A stretch of DNA of 62,689 bases, the filler included, from Pirum gemmata (lineage: Eukaryota), in NCBI GenBank assembly GCA_002812295.1. It is 15 parts of 15 records of this genome, joined end to end, with 100 filler letters (N's around TTAATTAATTAA, not from the genome) between each part and the next. Parts side by side here need not be neighbours in the genome. Positions count along the whole stretch, not along the records: positions 1 to 3,856 come from PDIN01001822.1; positions 3,957 to 7,833 come from PDIN01001823.1; positions 7,934 to 13,397 come from PDIN01001824.1; 12 more parts are not named here. One strand, given 5' to 3'. Shown in pieces: positions 1 through 12,614 of the stretch. Position numbers and translations under genes: made by a program. The stretch's first letter is position 1, and the number at the start of each line of letters is the position of its first letter. The notes under the pieces are model-generated. The model made no database searches, was not told where the DNA came from, and was given only the letters and a program-made list of their open reading frames with translations.

Positions 1-20
1 TATTATTATTATTATTATTA

Positions 21-440
21 TTGACAAGTTTTTTGATAACACTGAAAATGTATACAGAAAAATATATAACAAGAATTGAAAAAAATTGGGTGGGTTTGAT
101 GCAAATTTGTAAATTTTGTAATGAGTACAATGAAATAGATAGCTCATATTTTTTTGTTGGTTTGCATTTATTAGTGGCTACACATTTAACATTACATCTA
201 GCAGTAAGGTGGGAATTAGCAGATATTTTGTATGTGGATAATTTTAGTAATAGAAAAGGTGCTGAACTTCAAATTATGAATAATCTTGGTAAAAAATACA
301 TAATTATAAATATAAACCATATTAAAGAAAATCACCCAACCGTTCAAATAGCATTTTCCGATTCAAAATACGACGATTATAATGAAAAAATTATTCAATA
401 TATTAATCAAAAACGTCAATTCTTTCTGCTCAGATCATGA
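21..440 (+). CDS. Possible 3' fragment of an unknown gene
   Basis: 139-codon open frame of non-repetitive composition at a scaffold start. No motif recognised. Confidence 0.25.
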   Translation: MTSFLITLKMYTEKYITRIEKNWVGLMQICKFCNEYNEIDSSYFFVGLHLLVATHLTLHLAVRWELADILYVDNFSNRKGAELQIMNNLGKKYIIININHIKENHPTVQIAFSDSKYDDYNEKIIQYINQKRQFFLLRS

Positions 441-1733
441 GCAAAACCAATCATCAGAAATTATTACCTGCAATAAGTATCATGATGATTATTGGAGTAA
501 TAGTAAACGAATCAAAAGGTAGGTAATTAATATAGCTGGTGATATTATATTATCTGAGAATATAATAAACAATTATTTATCTGCAATAAGTATCATGATG
601 ATTATTGTAGTAATAGTAAACGAATTAAGGTAGGTAATTAAAGGAAGGGTGACACCCTCCAATATGACTCTGAAATTTTCATTTTCCGCTGCGCTGCGGC
701 TTACTATTTATAGTAAAAAATAAACTATTTAAAGTAAATCAAGTTACTATACTAAGACTTTCCAAATTATTTTGCTATTTTTGGTTTACAATTTACTTGT
801 TTGGGAAGCCGTAAATGGCTGCGGGTCATTTACTTATAGGACTATAATATATTTACTTAATATAGCTGGTGATATTATATAAAATAAACAATATTATTAT
901 ATAATTAATTATTTTTATTGTTATATAGTATTACTTTATTCTGAGAAATTATTACTATATACGAAATCATTGTTTTTAGTGGTTAGATTAGTGATCTAGC
1001 TAAAACATATTTTTAAAAATTATTAAATTTACTGTGTCTTGAGTAGTCACATAAATTTACAAAAAATTATTTTTCTTTTAATCGTATCAGAACTGTGGGT
1101 CTGATAATTGAGTCAAATTAATTTATACGATTTTTATCAATTTAATCCAAATTTTTACATTTATTATATAAACATATTATAGTCATATTATCTATACTGT
1201 GGTATGTCGGGTTGGCCTTCGGCCTCCAATTTACTGCATACCCAATTACCCATAAACTCTATAATATAAATATATGATAGACACTTTATGCGATAAAAAT
1301 GTGCGAATTCTGGACTCGTGTTTTTCAATGGTTTTTCAATAGTGGAGCCCAGTTCAAAAACTAAAATAAACGCACCAAATTATTATTATGGTTAAACTAT
1401 CAGGCATGTTTTAATTTATTTGGTATTTTGTATTTAATGTTACAAGTTCAATTATAAACTTAAACAGTACCAAAATAAAATTTGAGAGGACAACTGTAAT
1501 GAAACAGACGATGTGAATCATAGCATGATGGAAATTACATTGATGATTTTGGATTACGTTTTTTATATTGTAGATTTCAAAAATCCCTAATTTTTATATG
1601 ATGCTTACTTAATTTCTAGATAATATTCTACAACAACCGTTAATATTGAGAGTATATTCAAAAAAAATGCATTTATTGTTTTACTAACTAACAATAAGTT
1701 GTACACTTCATTTTTACCAATTAATTTTTTTTT

Positions 1734-1791
<58 letters not shown>

Positions 1792-1925
1792 CGGATAAAA
1801 CTGCAAAATTTTGTAAGTTCAAAATCTGACGAAATCTTTTAAAATCCTCCAATTTTAATGAAAATTTCAGAAATCGTCTAACTAAGAAAAGTCTATTATG
1901 AGCCAATAGCATAATAATTTGGCTA

Positions 1926-1958
<33 letters not shown>

Positions 1959-2685
1959 TGATTCCTACAGTTTTACTCTGGCTTGGCTGTTTAAAATTAT
2001 TTTGTTGTAATGGTAGGTATTGATAGGTAGAGGGTAGACTATGTATGATAAACGTCCAACTTTTGAGTTTTACATTTACTAGCTAGAATTTTCAGTTTTC
2101 GAACAAATGGGTATTTATTAATATGTTTGAAATTTTCAAACATAAACAAAAAAAAGGTGTGACTTTTTTTAAAACTATTATCACATAGTAAAAAAAAAAT
2201 AGAACGTTTTTAGATTTTTTGCACCATAGAACAAAAAGTTGTGGTAAATTTGAAAATTTGTGTTTTGATGCTGAAAAAGCCAATGGTATTCCCAAATTTT
2301 GTCATGTGATACATATCACCATACTTGGAAAACTTAAAATGACGTAGGTAATCACCTGCTATTGGCCTGGTAGAGACAAAAATAAGCAAAAATAAGCAAA
2401 AATAAGCAAAAATAAGCAAAAATAAGCAAAAATAAGCAAAAATAATGCACAAACAGCGAATCAAATAAACAAGTGCGTGAAAATATCCTCTGTATAATCC
2501 AATTATATTTTGTAAAATAATGTAATATTGTACTTATGGTGTACTAAAAACCAATAATATCTTGGATAATAGTGGTAGAGCTTTTTAGTTGGATAATAAT
2601 AATGTAATATCATACTGAAAAAAAAAAAAAAAAAAAAAAAAAAAAACAAAACAAAAAAAAAACAAATCAAAAATATAAAAAAAAA

Positions 2686-3056
2686 ATGGCTCTCAAAACA
2701 TTTCAAACATACCATGAGATGTCTAGTTTAGACGGAGAACTTACAGAATGGATAGCACCTTCTACCATTAAAAAATTTGCATTAAAAAATTACGAACAAG
2801 GAACCATTAATACTAATAATAATAAATTGAAAGATTCTAATTATAACCAAAATGAGTTTGCTAACATGACACCATTGCAAATCAATGAAAAAGTATTAAG
2901 AGATACTAACAAAGGAGTTTTAGATCAAATGACCACAACTCGTACAAAACAACAACCAAAGAGAACCCCACCACCTCCACCAATGCCTGTTTATAACAAT
3001 TTACCTACAATAAATAATAGTAATAATGCTACTTACAATAAAAATGTCAACGTACA

Positions 3057-3095
<39 letters not shown>

Positions 3096-3273
3096 CTTTA
3101 GTAATAATAATAATAATAATAACAATTACAACACTAGTAACCAAAATCATTATATTTCGTATTATGAAGCAATGCAAAATAATGCTCCAAGCAGACCGAG
3201 CAAAGCTCCTCCAGTTGTTCCTAGTTGCCAATTTAACTTTTTTAACAACAAAACAATTTTAGTAAACCATTAA
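2686..3273 (+). CDS. Hypothetical protein, Pro-rich and Asn/Ser low-complexity
   Basis: ATG preceded by a long A-rich leader like other genes here; ordered N-terminus (LDGELTEWIAPSTIKKF), PPPPPP and PSRPSKAPP (PxxP-type) motifs. The true 3' end may be spliced. Confidence 0.6.
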
Positions 3274-4155
3274 AATAATATCATTATAACAGTAATAATG
3301 ATAAAATGCAGTGATAATTACAATAAAACAATTACAATTGATAAATCTATTTCATATTCTTTCTTTAAAAAATTAAATATATTTTTCTTTTTTCTTTTCT
3401 AACCCTAACCCTAACCGTAACCCTAACCCTGATTAATATTAATTGTATTAATATTATAACTCTTTTAATTAACAGTTGCTAAACTGCAATCTTTTACTTA
3501 TTAACCACCTAAGCCTAACCCTACCCTAACCCTAACCCTGACAATCCTAACCCAAATACGAGAAATTTAACGTATACATACTATGATAGCTACTATCAAT
3601 ACTATAGTAGTAGTATTATAGTAGTATCAATAGCAGTAGTAGTAATAGTAGTAATAGTAGAAGACATGTACACTTATGATATAAATTAATCTACTTTAAA
3701 AATTAATAAATATATAATATATGTATAAATTATAGAGCTTTTCAGTTTTTTATCATCATAAAATAATATACAATAAAGAGTACCAAAATTTAATTAATAC
3801 AATATAAATCCATTTAAGTTAATTTGCTATATTTTATTATCTATTTATTCATTTTTNNNNNNNNNNNNNNNNNNNNNNNNNNNNNNNNNNNNNNNNNNNN
3901 TTAATTAATTAANNNNNNNNNNNNNNNNNNNNNNNNNNNNNNNNNNNNNNNNNNNNTTATTATTATTATTATTAAAACAATTTTTATATATTTTATAATT
4001 ATTATTATTAAAAGAAGTGCAAAATGTGAAGGTTATAATTATTGGGAAGTAAAAATTATAATAAAACATGTACAATATCAAAGATAAAGAAATTAAAAAA
4101 TCTATATAAAAATAACAATTTTTTTTATTATTTAATTAAAATGCTTATTAATTAT

Positions 4156-7100
4156 TTAAAATTTCATTGAGGTAGATTTTTTCATCATTAGCCTTAATCT
4201 CGATGGTTGTTTCCTGTCTTGAATCGGCCCAAGGTCAGCAATTTGTTCTATGGATACTGATTTTTTAAGAATATTATTATTTTTTTTAGATTTGGAGTCA
4301 AACTCAGACTCTGATGAATATGCACTTTCTTCCGAATCCGCTGCTTTTTTATTGAGGTCTTTAATAGAGGTACTCTTTTTTAAGCCTTTAGAATTTTTTT
4401 GCTTTTTGTTACCGCCAAACAATAACTGAGTTTTTGCAGAAATTGACATTTTTCTTTCCCGTGGTGCTTTATTACTCAAGCTATCATCTTCTTCACTCAA
4501 TTCCCTCTCAAGCAGTGTTGTTTTACAAGCAATGTCGGCAATAATAGTACCAACCGAAGTTTTACGTTTGCGAGAATTAACCACAAAAAGAGAATCTGCA
4601 TCTTGCCCATTTCCTTTTACAGTAACAGTTGCTGTTGTAAAAATATCTTCATGATAACGATTTTCTTTCTTCAATGATTTTAACATAAACAAGGCATCAT
4701 CACCACTGATATTCAATTGTATTTGAAACGATTCAACTAAAGATTTTCGAATAGAATCACCCATATGTTGTGAACCACAAACGTAAACACTAGCTTTATG
4801 AAGGTGAATTAAATCAAAAAATGATTTTTGATTCTGATCAATAATATCTTGAATATACGTTTTATCCTGAATTTCAAGTTCCCTAGAGTAAACCGGTATA
4901 TGTTTGGCAATAACACCATCCTGTAAAGCTGTGTCTATTTCAGACTTGTACAACATGTTCTCTTTTTTATTCGCACCTTGTACTAACACTAAAGTATGAG
5001 GTGAACTCCTAAGACTATTTTCTTCCCAGAACCCTTTGAATGGCGCCACACCAGTGCCTGTGCAAAACATAAGAATAGTGCTTGTTTGTTGAGGGAGATG
5101 AAAAGTGCTATTTCTAGAAACCATTACTTCTATTTCTGCTGGTTTTCGGCTTAAATAATCTGTACACAATCCTTTTCTCCTTGATTTACCACTCTTAAAA
5201 GTATTTTTAGAGATGGTTAAAGTACATTCTGTGCCCGTAGAGACGCCAGCTATTCTAGCAGAAAAATGTTGATCGTTTCTATCAGCTTGTTGAGAAGATG
5301 AAATCGAGTAAAACCTAGGCTCAATTTTTCGCAATGCGGTAATAAACTCTTCAAATGGTATATTTCTAATACTAGTAAACTCCTTTAATAAGGTTTCCGA
5401 CGTAGGTTTAAATTCTTTCCATTTAGTATAGGCAAGTTCCATAGTAGCAATTTTGCTTAAAATTACATATTCGTGTTCATCTGAAGCATAGTTGGACAAC
5501 ATTAAAATAAATTCTTTGTTGGGTAAACCGGAAAGATCTTTGAAGGTGTGCAAGTATTCGAACACTGATAAGTTCTTTTGTTCTTGTGGCAAGTCATAAT
5601 CTTCTGGTAATATACTAGATAAAGTGGCATTAGAGTTATATCCTAATCTATCACATAATCGGTTTACCATCGATTCGTCATTTTTAGGCCATACAGCTAA
5701 TCTGTCACCTGGGGAGTAGAAGATTTTATTTCCAAATTCATCAGTTTCACTTTTCGGGCAATTTTTCAAATCCAAGGTAACTTCATAGCAAGATGAAGAA
5801 ATATCTTTATAGTCCACTAAGTTAGCTATGAAACTGCGTTTTGCAACCTTGACCCTTGTGTTCCCCTTCTGGGAACGAACAGAAGAAATGCTGCTTCGAT
5901 CCGCTCTGTTTTGTTTTTTGGGGCTTTCAACGCTTATTTTGATATCTTGTAGAGTATTCTTAAGCGTACTTTGAGCTCGAGGTCTTAGTGTTGCTTTGCG
6001 TATCGCCCTAGATGATTTCAGACTCTTGATCCAATCGTCAAAAATATCATGCTCACCTTGTACCTCATCAGCTAAGTAAGGTTCCAAATAACGAAGGGCA
6101 GAGTTTTTTTCGAGATGGGTATCAAAATCTTTGGCACATTGGTTGAAGTTTTCATAATTGGAATTTCCTAAACCAAAAACTGCATATCTAACATTTTTAA
6201 GGTTTAAAGAAGTGGAATTTGATAACTCGTTCAATACTTTGGTACCGTTTGCAGGTGCTTCGCCTTGTCCAAAGGTAGAGGTTACAATGTACAAATCATA
6301 TTGATTTTTATTTTGAATCATTGTCCATTCAAAATCATTCATATCCATCACCTTCATTTCAAGATAAGAATTTTCAAGTTTTTCCTTAGTAAGGTTGGCA
6401 AAATCTTCAGATTTCCCAGTCTCGGTGGCAAATAGAATCAAACCTTTTCTTTCTTCTGATTCCATGTCATTGCTCTCGTCAGTAGTAGTAGGTTTGATAT
6501 TATGTGTTACTTCTAACTCTACTTTTTTCTCTGGTTGTACTTTTTCTTCTTCCTTTACCACTGGGGCTTCTTTTATTTCCATCACATTTGTTTCGGGATC
6601 AATTATATTCATGAGTTTGTCAAATTTGTAAATATTCTGTGCTACCGGTTGTACTCTGTACATGGGTTTCAATTGGTAATTAAGCATTTCTTGATGAAAA
6701 ACTTTGGTTGTTGAGCCTCCGATGGGGGGTACAATCCAACCCCAGTCTCCAGGGCAATAACCTCTAGTTTTCATTTCCTTATTGTAAAAACGAATGAAAC
6801 CATCTGACGCACTGTGATGATCAACCATGGAGTATCCACTTTTTTGGAAACTTTCTAAAACTGCTTTGGCCAAAATCATTTGACATTCATCTTTCCAAAG
6901 AGAAATATTGGTTTTCGGCATGCCCAATAAATCGGCCATTTTTGGCATTAAATTGTATCTTTGAACGTCTGCTAAATCTCTCACGATTTCCGTTTCCATA
7001 AACCAACCATTGAAAGGACAGGCTTGATAATAAACACCACCTAAATCTAACAAGAAATTACTTATCAAAGGAATAGCAAACCATTTTAAATCAAGCTCGT

Positions 7101-7586
7101 TAATTTTGGGATGACTAGAACTGGTAATGCTTACTTGATGCACGATATCTTCTGGTAGTGTATATAAATCGACAATATCATCATCACTTTTTTGGATGGC
7201 AAGTGGTAAAACGTCCCAATTAGTCCTTGGTTCTGGAGGAATCCATCCCTTGTCCATTAAACATTTTGTAAATTCTAATTGTGCTGGGTCCCCTAATCCA
7301 TCTTCATAGCCAGCATATGCAAAAACCTGACTGTTCCATATTTTTATAGGGATTTGATTTGGTTGAACTTGTGGAAATAAAGTGATTACAGTTTTGATTA
7401 CTCCATCAGTTACTGCTTCTCGGACATGTTCAACGATGGATTGAAAACAACCTTCAGTCGTGTTGACGTCTCTTTTATCAATAACATGCATCTTATTCCA
7501 TTGAATTCTATTAATACATCTATTAGAATTTCTCCACGCCACTTTGCACCCGTAACTCATTTCTTCGTATGTTTGTTTATATGTTC
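4156..7586 (-). CDS. NOS: Nitric oxide synthase (oxygenase + FMN + FAD/NADPH reductase), last exon; 5' exons missing from this scaffold
   Basis: Heme-Cys motif AWRNSNRCINRIQW, PFNGWFMETEI, DHHSAS, CPGDWGWIVPP, VFHQEM; flavodoxin FATETGKS, TSTFGQGEAP, FGLGNSNY; reductase RFYSISS, GTGVAPF, YVCG, RYHEDIF. The frame extends upstream of the ORF Met as (G)TYKQTYEE to a TAG acceptor ending at 7587, matching the NOS GTYxxTxxE motif. Confidence 0.96.
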
Positions 7587-7726
7587 CTACATGGATTGGT
7601 AAAAATTGATAACAATATTAATTAATAATAATTCAAAATAATAATAATTAATAGTAATAATAATAATAATTAATTAATAATAATAATTGAGAACAGTAAT
7701 GATAATAATAAATTAATACCAATACC

Positions 7727-7774
<48 letters not shown>

Positions 7775-8526
7775 AATACTAATAATAATATATTTATTAT
7801 TTATCATTTATTATTTATCAATTATCAATTATCNNNNNNNNNNNNNNNNNNNNNNNNNNNNNNNNNNNNNNNNNNNNTTAATTAATTAANNNNNNNNNNN
7901 NNNNNNNNNNNNNNNNNNNNNNNNNNNNNNNNNGACCAGATGCCCGGGCGTCCGTAAAGTTTCTCGGACATGTCCGAAGCCGGACGAACACTGCACCCAA
8001 AAACACAAGAATAATAGCATGCGGTGAACAGTTATATTATAAATATTAGCGCTATGCGCTATTATTAATTAAGGGTTAGTCTGAAGGGTTAGTAGTGGCC
8101 GAAAACTCGAAAAAAAAGCCGAAATTCAGCCCTGTTCGAAAAAAAAAAATTACATTTTTTTCGGGTTTATAAATAAATAAATATATTTGAATACTTAATT
8201 ATAAGCTAAAAATTTCGAACTTATTTAATTAATAAATAGGCTTGAAAACTCGATTTTTAAAAAAGAGCAGAATTGGGAGAAGTGGGGCGTGAGAAACTGT
8301 GGGTGGGTGGGTGCGGTGTACTACAAACTTCAACTGCAAAGGGAGCATTCAAATAATACGTCACGTCAAGGGGTAGGTAGGTAGGTGGTATTTGACCAGA
8401 AATTAACGTCGAGGGGTAGGTAGGTAGGCGTATGTGAAGCTGTGTTTGACTGGAAATTTCAAATTCCTAAAAAAATTATATAAAAAAAATGAATCTTCCA
8501 ATGAAAACAGAGTGGACCGTCAGTTC

Positions 8527-8745
8527 CTTCCCCCAGTTCTGCTCTGTTTAAAAATCGAGTTTTCGAGTCTATATAGTAATTAATAAGTTTGGAGTGTTAA
8601 AGCTTTCAATTAAGTATTCAAACATATTTATTTATTGAGAAACCCGAAAAATACCAAAAAAAAAAATTTTCGAACGGAGCTGAATTTTGACTTTTTTTTT
8701 TTTGACAGCAGAAATTTGAGTTTTCGGGTTTGAGCAGAATTGGGA
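8527..8745. mobile_element. MITE family C (~220 bp); others at about 8097-8280, 11472-11679, 19043-19100 and 19733-19775
   Basis: TIR CTCCCAATTCTGCTC...GAGCAGAATTGGGAG; shared internal AAATTCAGC.C.GTTCGAAAA. Confidence 0.75.
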
Positions 8746-9939
8746 CTCTTTTGGGAGAGGCTTTACTGAGGCTTTGTAGAACTTTTGTAGACTACATAAT
8801 AATATTATAGTATTGCATACTATAGTCATACTATACATACTACGATTAGGGTCAAATACAGCTTCAAATACCCCTACTTACCTACCCCTTGAAGTTAATT
8901 TCCGGTCAAATACCACCTACCTACCTACCCCTTGACGTGACGTATTATTTGAATGTTCAAGTAGTTTTTTAAAATATTGTGCTTTTCATTTATCTTGTCA
9001 CTTCGAATATTTATTTGGTTGGTTATAATATTTAAATTGATACTTTGAAATAAATAAATATATAATAAAATATACCAAATTAACTGAAATGGATTTATAT
9101 TGTATTAATTTGGTACTCTTTATTGTATATTTTATGATGACAAAACAACTGAAAAGCACGATAGCTATTATATCACTTGGTACCCCTNAGTGACCAAATA
9201 AATGAAAACCACGATAATTATTATCCCTTTGATTTTTATTTAGTTTAAAAAAAATGGTCATCAACAAACAACTGACAAACAATACTCTTCTAGCTAGCTA
9301 GAGCTATCATAGCTGGTAGTAGTTACAGTAGCTAGCTAGTTTATGTCTCGTGCTACTTTGTCATCATTTAAAAAATATAAATAAATAATACCAAATTAGT
9401 CTAATACAGTCAGTATAAATCCATTTTATTTAATTTGGTATAATTTATTATCTATTTATTCATTTTTAAAACTACCAATTTAAAGGTTATAACCCACCAA
9501 ATAAATATTCAGAGTGACAAATAAATGAAAAGCACAATAAGGCAATCGTCCACCAGATTTCTACTTTTTAAAATTAAAAAAATAATTTTGCTTTTGTTTT
9601 TCTCTTTTTCTTTTCTTATTTTTGTTCTTATTATTTTTTATTATTTTTTATTTTATTTTTTNNNNNNNNNNNNNNNNNNNNNNNNNATTATTTTATTAAT
9701 TTTTAATAAATTAAATAAATAACTAAAAATAAAATAAAAAAAAAACTAATTAATAAATAAAATAATAGAACATCGTTTTAACATTTATTATTACTAATTT
9801 TTTTGTTATTGTTTATTTATTTTTCGTTTTTTATTAACAGGGATACTATCATTATTATTGTTTTAAAAGAAGTTGATATTAGTAGTATAAGTATTAGTAT
9901 ATAGTATTACTTTTTTTATTAATATTTTATCGTTTTTTT

Positions 9940-10829
9940 TTAATTGTATATTGTTGTGTAATCATGAAAAACAATTTCTGATAATACATTGGGATTATCA
10001 ATTCTAGTTCGTTGTTGTTTTTTTCTTTGAGCTAGTTTTAAAGGACGCTGTTCTCCTTTATGCGCATTTTCGTATAAACCGCAAGGACTACACAAGCTTT
10101 TGCGGGTAAATTTACCAATTCTCCAACTTTTGCTGTTGGTTTCTTTACAATTGGAACATATTTTTTTTTCATACTTGCTTTTCCCGCTTGTTGTTCTTAC
10201 TTCATTTAAATCTAAAGATAGCTTTTTGTCAGGTTTGGTATCGGGTTGTTTTTTTTTTTGTTTTTGTTGTTGTTGTTTTTGTTGTTGTTGTTGTTGTTGT
10301 TTTTGTTTTAATTTATTAATATGGTCCAAATTTAAAGAATGTCGGTTTTGTAATTTAGATTTTGCAGTTGTTGTTATGGTTTTCTTTTTACGCGGATTAA
10401 CAGGTTGTTGTTGTACTGGTGGTTTCTTTTGGAGCTGAAATTGACTGAATGGTTTCGGCTCAGCTTTGACTATTGTTCGAGGGGTAGGTTGGGTTCGCTC
10501 CGGCGACTGCTCTTGTTGGTGTTGTGGTGGCTGCTGCGGTCGTTGTGCTGGTTGTGGTGGTTGTGGTGGTTGTGGTGGTGATGGATGTAAAGGGTCTTCA
10601 ACAAAATTAGTTTGAAACATTTCCACTTCTCGCATACCAAACATGGGTTTGTAAGTTGCCATATTATTTATATTCGACATATGGGAAAATGAAGGCGTTG
10701 AGGAAAGCATTGGAGAGGATAGCGCTGAATGTATACTCAAAGGCGAATGGTAATGCGAATGAATAATAGGAGAATTGATATTCAAATCAGTGTAAGAATG
10801 TGATTTTCTCATTGGATATCTGGGAGTGT

Positions 10830-10871
<42 letters not shown>

Positions 10872-11202
10872 CCGGTTCATCATTAAAGTTAGAACTTAAA
10901 TTAGTATAACTATGTGATTTAGTGATTGGGTTTTTATAATAATCATTATGTTCATTGTAAGTAAATACATCTGCTTGTTGTTGTTGTTGAGGTGATTGGT
11001 GGTAACTGTTATTGTTAAATATCGGAGAATCTAAACTGCTTTCTAATTCTAATGTTATATCTCTCAAGTTATTGTTTTTTTCAGACGTAGGTGACACTGG
11101 GTATTCCAAGTCAAAACTTCTAAAGATGTCTTCGGCAGTTTCTACTTCATTAGCGGAAGTAAATCCGATCGAATTCCAAACATTTTCCATATGTGTTGCC
11201 AT
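9940..11202 (-). CDS. GATA-type zinc-finger transcription factor
   Basis: C-x2-C-x18-C-x2-C finger (CSNCKETNSKSWRIGKFTRKSLCSPCGLY) followed by a basic region; poly-Q/Pro N-terminal region; long poly-A leader on the sense strand. Confidence 0.88.
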
Positions 11203-11256
11203 CTTGTTTGTTTTTGGTTTTTTTTTTTTTAAAAAAAAAAGGTATGTTTTGTTTTT

Positions 11257-11318
<62 letters not shown>

Positions 11319-11917
11319 CTTAGATTTTATTTATATATTTTTTTTTCAAATAATTTATCAAAGTACTTTTGCTTGTGTCAGCTCAAATACCTCTTTTTAT
11401 GTAGAGTAGCTAATAGAAAAAGTACTAGCTAGAGTAGCTAGCTACTATAGTTAGCTACTAGCTAGCTAGGTCTCTCCCAATTCTGCTCAAACCCAGAAAC
11501 TCGAATTTCTACTGTCAAAAAAAGCTTCAAGCCAAAATTCAGCTCCGTTCGAAAAAAAACATTTTTTTTCGTATTTTTCGAGTTTATAAATAAATAAATA
11601 TATTTGAATACTTCATTTTAAGCTTGAACATTTCGAACTTATTAATTAATATATAGACTCGAAATCTCAATTTTTAAAAGCCAATAATGCTAGCTAGCTA
11701 GCTAGCTAGCTAGTAGTAGTTACATAATTCAAATACTATCATAATTATGTAATTCCAATTTCTGGTCAAATGCAGCTTCAAATACCCCTACCTACCCATC
11801 CCTCGACGTTAATTTCCGGTCAAATACCACCTACCTACCTACCCCTCAACGTGACGTATTATTTGAACGCTCCCTACTACTAGCTAGCTAGTGTAGAGAC
11901 TGTAGAGAGATCTAGCT

Positions 11918-12198
11918 ATCGTGTTCTTCAATAGTATTGTCCAGTTCAAAAACTGAAATAAGCTTACCAAATTATAATTAATTGGTCATGTTTTAATTAA
12001 TTTGATATTTTATATAGTAATTTTATATTTATAAAAGTTCAATTATACAATTAAAAGGTACCAAATTATAATTAATTGGTCATGTTTTAATTAATTTGAT
12101 ATTTTATATAGTAATTTTATATTTATAAAGGTTCAATTATACAATTAAAAGGTACCAAATTAAAGATAGAAAGGACAACTGTTATGAAATAGACGATA
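11918..12198. repeat. Dispersed repeat family D with an internal ~93-bp tandem duplication; others at about 1317-1512 and 12421-12708 (inverted)
   Basis: Shared CCAGTTCAAAAACT.AAATAA...GTTCAATTATA...GTACCAAA...GGACAACTGT.ATGAAA.AGACGAT; short TATCGT/ACGATA ends. Confidence 0.72.
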
Positions 12199-12500
12199 GC
12201 TAGCTACTATCAATACTAGCTAGCTAACTAGCTAGAGCTACTCAAAATATTTATTTGGTCGTTTGTAATATTTAAATTGACACTTCTAAATAAATAAATA
12301 TATAATAAAATATACCAAATTGAATAAAATGGATTTATATTGTATTAATTTGGTACTATTTAGTTTATATTTTAATGAGGTTATTATTTATTTCTATCTA
12401 CGATATCATAATATTATTATTATCGTCTATTTATTCCATTAACAGTTCTACTCTCAATCTTTAATTTGGTACTGTTTAAGTGTATAATTGAGCTTTTTTA

Positions 12501-12614
12501 TAACCCTAACCCTAACCCTAACCCTAACCCTAACCCTAACCCTAACCCTAACCCTAACCCTAACCCTAACCCTAACCCTAACCCTAACCCTAACCCTAAC
12601 CCTAACCCTAACCC
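12501..12614. repeat. Interstitial (CCCTAA)n telomeric array; others at about 3399, 3508, 12822, 17634, 18869, 19117, 19777, 42504, 47333, 55520 and 61597
   Basis: Perfect or near-perfect TTAGGG/CCCTAA tandem arrays, mostly with non-telomeric DNA on both sides. Confidence 0.95.

Noticed and set aside
3901..3912. Recurring TTAATTAATTAA as a biological motif
   Set aside because: Always centred in N runs; it is a six-frame stop spacer.
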